DNA from: Eledone cirrhosa
Taxonomy: Eukaryota
Direction of reading: 5' to 3'
Assembly: GCA_964016885.1 (NCBI GenBank)
Contig: OZ024745.1
Coordinates: 8,556,001-8,620,000 of the forward strand
Length of the DNA stretch: 64,000 bases
A model generated the notes under the pieces. It was not told where the DNA came from. It worked only from the letters and a program-made list of their open reading frames with translations, and ran no database searches. Shown one piece after another: positions 38,701 to 52,419 of the stretch (positions are counted from its first letter, which is position 1; every line of letters starts with the position of its first letter). A program made the position numbers and the translations under genes.

Positions 38701-41700
38701 AATAACTAGGATACAGTGTACCTATTGTAATGACTGGGATACAATGTACCTATTGTAATGACAGGGATACAGTGTACCTATTGTAATGGCAGGGATACAG
38801 TGTACCTATTGTAATAACTGGGATACAATGTACCTATTGTAATGACAGGGATACAGTGTACCTATTGTAATGACAGGGATACAGTGTACGTATTGTAATA
38901 ACTGGGATGTATTGTACCTAGTGAAATAACTGGGATACAGTGTACCTATTGTAATAACTGGGATACAGTGTACCTATTGTAATAACTGGGATACAGTGTA
39001 CCTATTGTAATGAGAGGGATACAGTATACCTATTGTAATAACTGGGATACAGTGTACCTATTGTAATAACTGGAATACAGTGTACCTATTGTAATAACTG
39101 GGATACAATGTACCTATTGTAATGAGAGGAATACAATATACCTATTGTAATAACTGGGATACAGTGTGCCTATTGTAATAACTAGGATACAATGTACCTA
39201 TAGTAATAACTAGGATACAGTGTACCTATTGTAATAACTGGGATACAGTGTACATATTGTAATAACTAGGATACAGCATGCCTATTGTAATTACAGGGGT
39301 ACAGTGTATCTATTGTAATAACTAGGATACAGTGTACCTATTGTAATGACTGGGATACAATGTACCTATTGTAATGACAGTGATACAGTGTACCTATTGT
39401 AATGGCAGGGATACAGTGTACCTATTGTAATAACTGGGATATATTGTATCTATTATAATGAATGGATACATGTACCTATTTAATACCTGGGATACAGTGT
39501 ACCTATTGTAATAACTAAGATATAGTGTACCTATTGTAATGACAGTGATGCAGTGTACCTATTCTAGTAACTGGGATACAATGTACCTATTGTAATGATG
39601 GGGATACAGTGTACGTATTGTAATGACAGTGATACAGTGTACCTATTGTAATAACTGGGATACAGCGTATGTATTGTAATGAATGGATACAGTATACATA
39701 TTGTAATGAGAGGGATACAGTGTACCTATTGTAATGACTGGGATACTGTGTACCTATTGTAATGAATGGATACAGTGTACCTATTGTAATGACTGGGATA
39801 CAGTATACCTATTTAATAACTGGGATACAGTGTACCTATTGTAATAACTGGAATACAGTGTACCTCTTGTAATAGCTGGGATACAGTGTACCTATTGTAA
39901 TGACTGGGATACAGTATACCTATTGTAATGACAGGGATACAGTATACCTATTGTAATGACAGGGATACAGTGTACTTATTGTAATAACTAGGATATAGTG
40001 TACCTATTGTAATAACAGGGATGCAGTGTACCTATTGTAGTAACTGGGATACAGTGTACCTATTGTAGTGACTGGGATACAGTGTACCTATTGTAATGAC
40101 AGTGATACAGTGTACCTAATGTAATGACTGGGATACAGTGTACCTATTGTAATAACTGGGATACAATGTACCTATTGTAATGACAGGGATACAATATACC
40201 TATTGTAATAACTGGGATACAGTGTACCTAATGTAATGACTGGGATACAGTGTACCTATTGTAATGACAGGGATACAGTGTACCTAGTGTAATGACTGGG
40301 ATACAGTGTACCTATTGTAATTACTGGGATACAGTGTACCTAATGTAATGACTGGGATACAGTGTACCTATTGTAATAACTGGGATACAATGTACCTATT
40401 GTAATGACAGGGATACAATATACCTATTGTAATAACTGGGATACAGTGTACCTATTGTAATAACTAGGATACAGTGTACCTAGTGTAATAACTGGGATGC
40501 AGTGTACCTATTGTAGTAACTGGGATACAGTGTACCTATTGTAGTGACTGGGATACAGTGTACCTGTTGTAATGACTGGGATACAGTGTACCTATTGTAA
40601 TGACTGGGATACAGTGTAACTATTGTAATAACTGGGATACAGTGTACCTATTGTAATGACTGGGATACAGTGTACCTATTGTAATAACTGGGATACAGTC
40701 TACCTATTGTAATGACTGGGATACAGTGTACCTATTGTAATAACTGGATACAGTGTACCTATTGTAATGACTGGGATACAGTGAACCTATTGTAATAACT
40801 AGGATACAGCGTACCTATTGTAATAACTGGGATACAGTGAACCTATTGTAATAACTAGGATACAGTGTACCTATTATAATGACAGGGATACAGTGTACCT
40901 ATTGTAATGACAGGAATACAGTGTACCTAATGTAATGACAGGTATACAGTGTACCTATTGTAATGACAGTGATGCAGTGTACGTATTGTAATGACAGGGA
41001 TACAGTGTATATATTGTAATGACAGGGATACAGTGTACCTATTCTAGTAACTGGGATACAGTGTACCTATTGTAGTGACTGGGATACAGTGTACGTATTT
41101 TAATGACAAGGATGCAGTGTACCTATTGTAATAACTGGGATACAGCGTATGTATTGTAATGAATGGATACATTATACCTATTGTAATGAGAGGGATACAA
41201 TATACCTATTGTAATAACTGGGATACAGTGTACCTATTTAATAACTGGAATACAGTGTACCTCTTGTAATAACTGGGATACAGTGTTCCTATTGTAATGA
41301 CTGGGATACAGTGTACCTCTTGTAATAACTGGGATACAGTGTTCCTATTGTAATGACTGGGATACAGTGTACCTATTGTAATGACTGGGATACAGTGTAC
41401 CTATTCTAATGACTGGGATACAGTTTATCTATTGTAATAACTGGGATACAGTGTACCTATTGTAATGACTAGGATACAGTGTACCTATTGTAATGGCAGG
41501 GCTACAGTGTACCTATTGTAATAACTTGGATACTGTGTACCTATTGTAATGACTGGGATACAGTGTACCTATTGTAATAACTGGGATACAATGTACCTAT
41601 TGTAATGACAGGGATACAGTGTACCTATTGTAATAACTAGGATACAGTGTACCTATTGTAATGACAGTGATGCAGTGTACCTATTCTAGTAACTGGGATA

Positions 41701-42232
41701 CAGTGTACCTATTGTAATGACAGGGATACAGTGTACCTATTGTAATGACTGGGATACAGTGTACCTATTGTAATGACTAGGATACAGTGTACCTATTGTA
41801 ATAAGTGGGATACAGTGTACATATTGTAATGACTAGGATACAGTGTACCTATTGTAATGACTGGATACAGTGTACCTATTGTAATGACTGGATACAGTGT
41901 ACCTATTGTAATAAGTGGGATGTATTGTATCTATTGCAATAACTGGGATACAGTGTAACCATTGTAATGACTGGAATACAGTGTACCTATTGTAATAACT
42001 GGGATACAGTGTACCTATTGTAATAACTGGGATAAAGTGTAACCATTGTAATGACAGGGATACAGTGTACCTATTGTAATGACAGGGATACAGTGTACCT
42101 ATTATAATAACTGGAATACAGTGTACCTATTTTAATGACAGGGATACAGTGTACCTATTATAATAACTGGGATACAGTGTACCTATTGTAATAACTGGGA
42201 TACAGTGTACGTATTCTAGTAACTGGGATACA
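35733..42232 (+). repeat. 28-bp satellite (GGGATACAGTGTACCTATTGTAATGACW)
   Basis: Tandem period of 28 (35761 to 35789), about 6.5 kb, moderately diverged. Confidence 0.98.
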
Positions 42233-42451
42233 CACAGAAATACAGTATAGAACGTATAAGCTGTACTAAACCACTAAAATATAAAGAGTTTTATTAAGTA
42301 AACTTCCTGGTATAACTGAATGATGGGCTGAAAAACAGAAGCAAATAAATTTAAAAAACTAAATAAAATCTATAAAATTTCTCGTTTTGGGAACTAGCAT
42401 ACACATGTTGGTGTAATTTTATTACTACTGTATAACCAACTTTTGACACCT

Positions 42452-45400
42452 GTAAGACACCACCCACGTTTATAAGACACCACCCACATCTACAAGACAC
42501 CGCCCACATCTACAAGACACTACCCTCTTCTACAAGACAGCTCTTCTACAAGACACCGCCAACTTCTACAAGACATCACCCACATCTACAAGACACCACC
42601 CTCTTCTACAAGACACCACCCACATCTACAAGGAACCACCTAAATCTACATGACACCACCCACATCTACAAGACACCACCCACTTTTACAAGACACCGCC
42701 CTCTTCTGCAAGATACCACCCTCTTCTACAAGACAACATCCACATCTACAAGACACCACCCTCTTCTACAAGACAACACCCACATCTACAAGACACCACC
42801 CTTTTCTACAAGACACCACCCACATCTACAAGACACCACCCTCTTCTGCAAGACAACACCCACATCTACAAGACACCACCCTCTTCTACAAGACACCACC
42901 CTCTTCTACAAGACACCACTCAGATCTACAAGACGCCACCCTCTTCTACAAGACACCACCCACATCTACAAGACACCACCCTCTTCTTCAAGACACCACC
43001 CACATCTACAGGACACCACCCACATCTACAAGACACCACCCACATCTACAAGACACCACCCTCTTCTACAAGACACCACCCTCTTCTACAAGATACCACC
43101 CACATCTACAAAACACCACCCACTTCTACAAGACACCACCCACATCTACAAGACACCGCCCTCTTCTACAAGACAACACCCACATCTACAAGACACCACC
43201 CACATCTACAAGACACCACCCACATCTACAAGACACCACCCTCTTCTTCAAGACACCACCCACATCTACAAGACACCACCCACATCTACAAGACACCACC
43301 CACATCTACAAGACACCACCCACTTCTACAAGACACCGCCCTCTTATACAAGACATCACCCTCATCTACAAGACACCACCCTCTTCTACAAGACACCACC
43401 CACATCTACAAGACACCACCCTCTTCTACAAGACACCACCCACATCTACAAGACACCACCCTCTTCTACAAGACAAAACCCACATCCACAAGACACCGCC
43501 CTCTTCTACAAGACACTACCCACTTCTACAAGACACCGCCCTCTTCTACAAGACATCACCCACATGTACAAGACACCACCCTCTTCTACAAGACACCACC
43601 CACATCTACAAGACACCACCCTCTTCTACAAGACACCACCCACTTCTATAAGACACCGCCCTCTTCTACAAGACAACAACCACATCTACAAGACACCACC
43701 CACATCTACAAGACACCACCCACTTCTACAAGACACCGCCCTCTTCTACAAGACACCACCCACATCTACAAGACACCACCCACTTCTACAAGACACCACC
43801 ACATCTACAAGACACCACCCTCTTCTACAAGACACCACCCACATCTACAAGACACCGTCCTCTTCTACAAGACTACACCCACATCTACAAGACACCACCC
43901 TCTCCTACAAGACACCACCCACATCTACAAGACACCACCCACTTCTACAAGACACCACCCTCTTCTACAAGACAACACCCACATCTACAAGACACCACCC
44001 ACATCTACAAGACACCACCCACTTCTACAAGACACCGCCCTCTTCTACAAGACACCACCCACATCTACAAGACACCACCCACTTCTACAAGACACCACCC
44101 ACATCTACAAGACACCACCCACTTCTACAAGACACCACCCACATCTACAAAACACCGCCCTCTTCTACAAGACAACACCCACATCTACAAGACACTACCC
44201 ACTTCTACAAGACACCACCCACATCTACAAGACACCACCCTCTTCTACAAGACACCACCCACATCTACAAGACACCGCCCTCTTCTACAAGACAACACCC
44301 ACATCTACAAAACACCACCCACTTCTACAAGACACCACCCACATCTACAAGACACCGCCCTCTTCTACAAGACAACACCCACATCTACAAGACACCACCC
44401 ACATCTACAAGACACCACCCACATCTACAAGACACCACCCTCTTCTTCAAGACACCACCCACATCTACAAGACACCACCCACATCTACAAGACACCACCC
44501 ACATCTACAAGACACCACCCACTTCTACAAGACACCGCCCTCTTGTACAAGACATCACCCTCATCTAAAAGACACCACCCTCTTCTACAAGACACCGCCC
44601 ACATCTACAAGACACCACCCTCTTCTACAAGACACCACCCACATCTACAAGACACCACCCTCTTCTACAAGACAACACCCACATCCACAAGACACCGCCC
44701 TCTTCTACAAGACACTACCCACTTCTACAAGACACCGCCCTCTTCTACAAGACATCACCCACATCTACAAAACACCACCCTCTTCTACAAGACACCACCC
44801 ACATCTACAAGACACCACCCTCTTCTACAAGACACCACCCACTTCTATAAGACACCGCCCTCTTCTACAAGACAACAACCACATCTACAAGACACCACCC
44901 ACATCTACAAGACACCACCCACTTCTACAAGACACCGCCCTCTTCTACAAGACACCACCCACATCTACAAGACACCACCCACTTCTACAAGACACCACCA
45001 CATCTACAAGACACCACCCTCTTCTACAAGACACCACCCACATCTACAAGACACCGTCCTCTTCTACAAGACAACACCCACATCTACAAGACACCACCCT
45101 CTCCTACAAGACACCACCCACATCTACAAGACACCACCCACTTCTACAAGACACCACCCTCTTCTACAAGACAACACCCACATCTACAAGACACCACCCA
45201 CATCTACAAGACACCACCCACTTCTACAAGACACCGCCCTCTTCTACAAGACACCACCCACATCTACAAGACACCACCCACATCTACAAGACACCACCCA
45301 CATCTACAAGACACCACCCACTTCTACAAGACACCACCCACATCTACAAAACACCGCCATCTTCTACAAGACAACACCCACATCTACAAGACACTACCCA

Positions 45401-46529
45401 CTTCTACAAGACACCACCCACATCTACAAGACACCACCCTCTTCTACAAGACACCACCCACATCTACAAGACACCACCCTCTTCTACAAGACACCACCCA
45501 CATCTACAAGACACCGCCCTCTTCTACAAGACAACACCCACATCTCCAAGACACCACCCACATCTACAAGACACCACCCACTTCTACAAGACACCGCCCT
45601 CTTCTACAAGACACCACCCACATCTACAAGACACCCCCCACTTCTACAAGAAACCACCCACATCTACAAGACACCACCCACTTCTACAAGACACCACCCA
45701 CATCTACAAAACACCGCCCTCTTCTACAAGACAACACCCACATCTACAAGACACCACCCTCTTCAACAAGACACCACCCACATCTACAAGACATCGCCCT
45801 CTTCTACAATACAACACCCACATCTACAAGACAACACCCACATCTACAAGACACCACCCACATCTACAAGACACGACCCTCTTCTACAAGACACCACCCA
45901 CATCTACAAGACACCGCCCTCTTCTACAAGACACCACCCACATCTACAAGACAACACCCTCTTCTACAAGACAACACCCACATCTACAAGACACCACCCA
46001 CATCTACAAGACACCACCCTCTTCTACAAGACACCACCCACATCTACAAGACACCACCCACATCTACAAGACAACACCCACATCTACAAGACACCACAAA
46101 CATCTACAAGACAACACCCACATCTACAAGACAGCACCCACATCTACAAGACACCACCCTCTTCTACAAGACACCACCCACATCTACAAGACAACACCCA
46201 CATCTACAAGACACCACCCACATCTACAAGAGACCACCCACATCTACAAGACACCACCCTCTTCTACAAGACACCACCCACTTCTACAAGACACCACCCA
46301 CATCTACAAGACACCACCCACTTCTACAAGACACCACCCACATCTACAAGACACCACCCTCTTCAACAAGACACCACCCACATCTACAAGACACCGCCCT
46401 CTTCTACAAGACACCACCCACATCTACAAGACACCACCCACATCTACAAGAGACCACCCCCTTCTACAAGATACCACCCACTTCTACAAGACACCGCCCT
46501 CTTCTACAAGACACCGCCCACTTCTACAA
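42452..46529 (+). repeat. 20-bp satellite (CTACAAGACACCACCCWCWT)
   Basis: Period of 20 is visible as column alignment in the 60-nt lines. It produces the stop-free 333-754 aa ORFs. Confidence 0.98.
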
Positions 46530-47025
46530 TTGTCCTTTTCTCATCCCTTTACCCTACAACTATCCCAGCTCTACCTTGTTTTCTTCCTTTTTATTGCATT
46601 CCTCACCTGCTTCCTCGGCTATACACACCTTCATTCATCTGTGTCTATATATATTCACTATTTATATATATGTACATAATGCACTTACAGATATATATGT
46701 TTATGAATATATACATGTATGCACTTATGGATGTATATGTTTATGTATATGTGTGTGTATATATATATATATTAGAAAGTGAGGTTTTTTTACAAAATGA
46801 AAAATAACCGAGGTGTCCTACACGAGTGAAAGTATAAAGAAAAAAAGATGAAATCAAAAATGCAACTGGAGTCTTTTTGTTTTTAAATATATATTTATTT
46901 GGTTCCTTTACCGGTTTCGCAGTTCTTCTGCTTTTCAAAAGTAGAGTTGAGATGGAGGGTCTGTGGTTTTTCTCACATCTATATATATATATATCCCCAA
47001 GTATAACAATATATATATATATATA

Positions 47026-48138
47026 TATTAAAATAACAGATTAAAGTTTAAGCAAAGAATCGCTGCTTTCACCCTTAACGGGATCTTCTGAAACTAAAAA
47101 AATCAATCTGTGAACGTAAATATTTCGAAAAACGTTGCAACCGAAGGCAAAGAGGAAGACGATACTTTGGTTCGTGAAGACATTCCCTGGCAATGAACGG
47201 AAAATAGCGAAGATAATACGTCATTATTGGTGTATACGTCCGTATGTGTGTGTGTTTATGTATGTGTGCGCGTGTTTTGTATATCTGCATATTTATGCAT
47301 GCATGGCGGGTGTTTTCGCGTATGCACGTGTATGTACGTATATAGATGCGTGTGTGTATATATTTAATTATTATTGATTTTAATAACCTTTGTCATTTTC
47401 GTTCTGTTCTACTAATTTATTTACATTATTCTTAACGGTGGATTGGTAGTATCGGTTGTGGGTCGGACGTCATGCTTTGACATATAGAGTTACGGCCCTT
47501 GCTATTCTGAGTTCAAATCCCGCTGGGGTTAACTTTTCCTTTCATCCTTACGGGGTCAATAAAATAAAGTACCAGTAATGTACTGGGAAATTAGTGGCCT
47601 TGTGCCAAAAGTAGAAACTATTATTCTTAACTCTGGATTGGCAGTATCGGTAGAGGGTCGGACGCCATGCTTTGCAGCAAAGAGTTACAGCCCTTTGTGG
47701 TCTGAGTTCAAATCCCGCCGAGGTTAACTTTGCCTTTCATCCTTACGGGGTCAATAAAATAAAGTACCAGTAATGCACTAGGGTAATTGCTGGCCTTGTA
47801 CCAAAAGTAGAAACAATTACTCTTAACTCTGAAGCTGAGAATCATTCGGTTTCCTAAATAGAATATTAGTCTATGACTCCATTTATACCATAAACGTGGT
47901 TTTGTCTTTGCGCGTAGTTGTTCTCTGTCGCTCCACATAAAGACGTATTATCTTCGCTATTTTCCGTTCATTGCCAGGGAACGTCTTCACGAACCAAAGT
48001 ATCGTCTTCCTCTTTGCCTTCTGTTCCAACGTTTTTCGAAATATTTACGTTCACAGATTGATTTTTTTAGTTTCAGAAGATCCCGTTAAGGGTGAAAGCA
48101 GCAATTCTTTGCTTAAACTTTAATCTGTTATTTTAATA
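47026..48138. mobile_element. Foldback or MITE-like structure with ~197-bp inverted arms
   Basis: 47026-47222 is the near-identical reverse complement of 47942-48138. Outer ends are TATTAAAATAAC.../...GTTATTTTAATA. The spacer of ~720 bp holds two SINE copies. The inverted repeat is certain; transposon origin is inference. Confidence 0.6.
47437..47820 (+). mobile_element. Two tandem tRNA-derived SINE copies (~47437-47622 and ~47635-47820)
   Basis: Each has an A-box-like GGATTGGYAGTATCGGT, a B-box GAGTTCAAATCCC, a core TTTCATCCTTACGGGGTCAATAAAATAAAGTACCAG and the tail GGCCTTGTRCCAAAAGTAGAAAC. Confidence 0.8.
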
Positions 48139-48600
48139 AATATTTGCTCTAGGGTTCTTATATATTTGATATATATTTATCCTTATCGAGCCCTCTTTGG
48201 ATTTTAGACTTCATATTTATTATTATTACTATATATATATATATATCAAGGGCGAAGGGTCCGTGCATGCGACACATGAGTTGATCAATTGCGTCGGTTG
48301 AAGTAAGCAGAATTTTGGCTGCTTACTAAAACACATAGACACAAAAAAAGATAACACACACACACACATACACACAAACACACGACAGCTTTGGGGCAAG
48401 CAGAATTTTGACTGCTTACTAAATCGTAGACACATAAAAAGATAACACACACTCACACACATTAGATAATACTACATGCGGCTTTGACCGAGAGGGTCAT
48501 TTAGAGGGAATGAGGGGGGAGGGGGGGTAAGGCTGCACAGCCCCACTTTCCGCCATGGCGATTGGACTGCATGCCCTGCTTTCCAGGTTACCCTTTGCCA

Positions 48601-48604
<4 letters not shown>

Positions 48605-48677
<73 letters not shown>
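48605..48677. repeat. (TA)n microsatellite
   Basis: Pure TA run next to the LINE 3' end. Confidence 0.95.
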
Positions 48678-48685
<8 letters not shown>

Positions 48686-48724
48686 TACATGTATACATAT
48701 ATATATATACGTATATATACATAT

Positions 48725-51700
48725 ATCATCATCATCATCATCATCATTTTACGTCCGCTTTTCCCTGCTTCCAAGGGTGGGACGGGTCCTATTCAGCACA
48801 CCATCTCTCCACTTGTCATGCTCCTTCGTCATCTCCTATGTGAGCTTCAGCGATCTGAGGTCTGCTCTGACCACCTCCGCCCATGTTTTTCGTGGTCTTC
48901 CTCTACCATGTCTTCCTTCTACTGGGATTTCTTGGCACTTCTTACCCATGCGCATCACATGTCCATACCATATCAGTCTTCTCTCCTGCACAACTTATCC
49001 CCTCTCAGACACAGTTTCTCTCTCAACACATTCATGCTCGGTCATTCACGTACATTGACATTACACATCCAACGGAGCATGCTTGCTTCATTTCTCTCCA
49101 GTCGTCTCATATCCTTTGTAGTTGCTGCCCATGTCTCACTACCATGCAGCATCGCGCATCTCACACAGGCATCATATAACCGGCCTTTCGTACGCAGGGA
49201 GAAACCCTTCTTTGTCAACAGAGGAAGTAGCTCCCTAAAATTCTTCCAATCCATCCTTATTCTAGATACTATGGCCTCGGACCCCCCCCCCCCCCCCCTT
49301 CCATGCTAATTTGATCACCTAGGTACCGGAAGCTATCCACCACTTCTATAGAACTCACCTGCATTTGAAAGATGTGTCTATCACTGCGATTACTACTGTC
49401 AACTTTCCCTACACATCTACTGCATACGTAGTTTTCCCTACCTGTTAGTTTGCCTGCTATCCCACTACATCTCTTGTGTACCTAACATCTGCATTGCATA
49501 CATTTTATAGAATTTATGCCAGTTCCTTTTCTACATATCGAACATGGCCATTTCCCTGGTGGAATCAGAGTTTTGTCCTCTTTTCTACTTATCAATACTT
49601 TTTCTTAGCTACGTTCACTCTCAGTCCTCTTGCTTCCAACTGCTGTTTCCATAGCCAGAATTTCTTCTCTAGCTCCTCTACTGATCCTGCTATAAGAATC
49701 AGATCGTCAGCATAGAGAAGTTCCCATGGACAGCCAGTCTTAAACTCCTCTGTTATGGCTTGGAGGATTATAATGAACATGAGTGGGCTGAGGACCGAAC
49801 CCTGGTGTACTCCTACTTGTATCTGGAATTCCTCACTAAACTCCATTCCTACTCTCACTTTACTGACAGCACCTCTGTACAAAGCTTCCACTGTCTTCAC
49901 AAGCCATTCCTCTACACCTAATTTCCTTAGGGACCACCAGATGACAGATCGGGGTACCCTATCAAAGGCCTTCTCTAGGTCAACAAAACCTAAGTATAGT
50001 GGCTTATTCTTCTCTAAGAACCTGTCTTGAAGTTGTCTCACTAAGAAGAGGGCATCTGTTGTACTTTTCCCAGGCACAAAACCAAACTGCATCTCATCTA
50101 ATTTGACCCTTTCTCTAATCAGTTGCACTAATATTCTCTCTGTAACTTTCATAACCCGATCCATCTGCTTTATGCTCCTATAATTGCTCCTCTCCAGAGC
50201 ATCCCCTTTACCTTTGTAACAATTTATGAGAATACTGCTGCACCAGTCTTTGGGTATGACACCGCCATATATAGCTTTGATGATGCGTGCAACCAGTTTA
50301 GTGCCTACGTCCCCTGATGCCTTCAGCATCTCAGCAACTATCCCCGACGGTCCAGCGCCCTTGTCATTTTTCATTTCCTTAATCGCCTCTTGGACCCTAT
50401 ATTCGTCAATCTCAATAGCTGGTCCCTCTGTCGGATCTACTGGAGGTAATTTCTCTCTCTCCCATTCGTTCCCCAACATTCATCAGTCTCTCATTATGAC
50501 ATGTCCAGGCCTCCTTTTTTTGATCATTCGTGACACTAACTATATCGGAATCATTTATCTCCAACAACATCCTGCTTTGCACTGACACACTGCCTTGCAA
50601 TGAGGAACACCACACGTCTCTGATCTTCCCGTCGCAGAACATTGGCAAACCTCCTACTCTCAGCCTCCCTGCGTGCTAAGTACACCTGACGTCTAACTTC
50701 TCTCTTAGCGGTTGTGTATCCTTCTCTACTCCCACCACTTTTCCAAGCGTTCAATGCTAGTCTTTTGTCTCTAATGGCCCTATCTACCGTGCTGTTCCAC
50801 CACCAAGTCACTCTCTGTCTGGTTGGAGCTCTGCTCCAGCCACAAGTTTCATCAGTAGCCTGCAGTAAGTTGTCACGTAAGAAATTCCAGTTATTATCTA
50901 TGTCATACGTCTCTAAATCGTCTTCTTTTTCGTGATACACATCTTGAAGGAATTTCCTAAATTTATATTTTAGTGAAAGGTCTTTTATCTTCCAGACCTT
51001 TCCTTTCCACACCTTCCTGTATGTCTCATTCTATCTCTTGCTTACTGAGATGTCACTAATGATGATGTGGGGTACATTCTTCCCCGGGGTATGCCTTAGT
51101 ATTTGACACCATCTGTCTGTCTCGCTGCGTAACTAGAAAGAAGTCAATCTGGCTTATGTGCTCGCCTGATTGGTAGGTTATTAGGTGGTTGGCAGATTTC
51201 TTGAAGTTAGTGTTGCAAATAGTCAGTGTACTTGCATCACAAAATTCAAGAAGTCTCACTCCTTCTTCGTTTCTTGAGCCGTAACCGTGCCCACCATGTA
51301 CCCCAGTATAACCATCCTGGAGCTGCCCAACAAGACCATTGAAGTCCCCTGCTAGCATAACGATGTCTCCGTCCTCTGTCATTGCGGTTGTTTGTAAAAG
51401 TTGCTCGTAAAAGCAGTTTTTCTCTTCTTTGGCCTGCTTGGGGAGCATATGCAGAGATGATTGTCAGTAGTCTCCTGCCTACAACTAATCTAAGCTTAAT
51501 TATTCTATCACTAACTCTAACTACCTCTATTTTCTTATCGATCAGCCAGTAATATGCCCACTCTACCTAACCCATCATCCTTACCCACCCAGAAAAGCTT
51601 GTAACTAAGATGTTTGCCTGCGATTAGTCTCGCAGAGGCACCTCTCCATCTCACCTCTTGCACGCAGCACACATCCACATGCCTTCTCTCCAGCATCTCG

Positions 51701-51890
51701 ACTATCTCACCAGGTCTACCTGTTAGAGTGTCAACATTAAGTGTTGCAACTCTGAGATGCGACGTCTTCATATTCTTGTTCTTGTTCCTGTTGTGCGATT
51801 GCTTGATGACGGTCAGGGGGTTCTCGCACATGGCCACACCAGCCACCCCACTACCGTGTGCAGCCCTAACATGGTTAGCGTTATTGTTGT
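48725..51890 (-). mobile_element. RTE-clade LINE retrotransposon, near full length, broken by frameshifts and stops
   Basis: AP-endonuclease motifs (LRVATLNVDTL, VCCVQEVRW, AGDFNG, QIDFFLV), RT motifs (FVDLEKAFDRV, GVHQGSVLSP, LLYADD), C-terminal MLHGSETW..MLRWM, and 3' tail CGGACGTAAA(ATG)n. Confidence 0.93.
49592..50479 (-). pseudogene. Reverse transcriptase domain fragment of the RTE LINE
   Basis: 295-aa ORF with GPSG, NYRSIK, QFGF, KAFD, QGSVLSP and YADD; frameshifted at both ends. Confidence 0.9.
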
Positions 51891-51940
51891 TTACATATAT
51901 ATACATATATACATATACATATACATTATATACACACACA

Positions 51941-51972
<32 letters not shown>

Positions 51973-52419
51973 GTTGATCCTGTGTGCAGACATATAACAA
52001 CTGTCATGTATATTATTCCTAAGCCTTTCCCTTCAGCCATTTGCTTGAATAAGGAGGCCTCTTTGACCATATTAGCCCTGAGTATCGTAAGAGGCAACTA
52101 AAAAGTCCTGTCTAACCCATGTCAACACGGAAGAGAGGATAATGATGATGAATGGTGATTATCTTTAGAACTACATTATCTAATGTGTCCATACATTTTT
52201 AAGATGGTATGGTGTAAAGAAGGTTAGGCTGCTATTTCTAGCAAATCAAACGACCATGTAAATATACGTTCATTGGCCTGTAGGCAGTTTTTTTGCCTTG
52301 CTTCAATGATCAGGTCGTGATTTTTTTTCAATCTGTTTTAATACTTCCTCTTATCCCCTCTCTCAATTTATACTTTATTCTCTCTTATATTTTACAATTT
52401 CTCAACATACTTCCTTCCT

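Noticed and set aside
42650-46807. 333-754 aa His/Pro/Thr-rich (extensin- or mucin-like) CDS
   Set aside because: The 20-bp period gives the same peptide in all three frames, and the ORF runs out into AT microsatellite.
47437-47820. tRNA genes (A/B boxes)
   Set aside because: No cloverleaf, and the boxes are followed by SINE core and tail sequence repeated elsewhere in the window.
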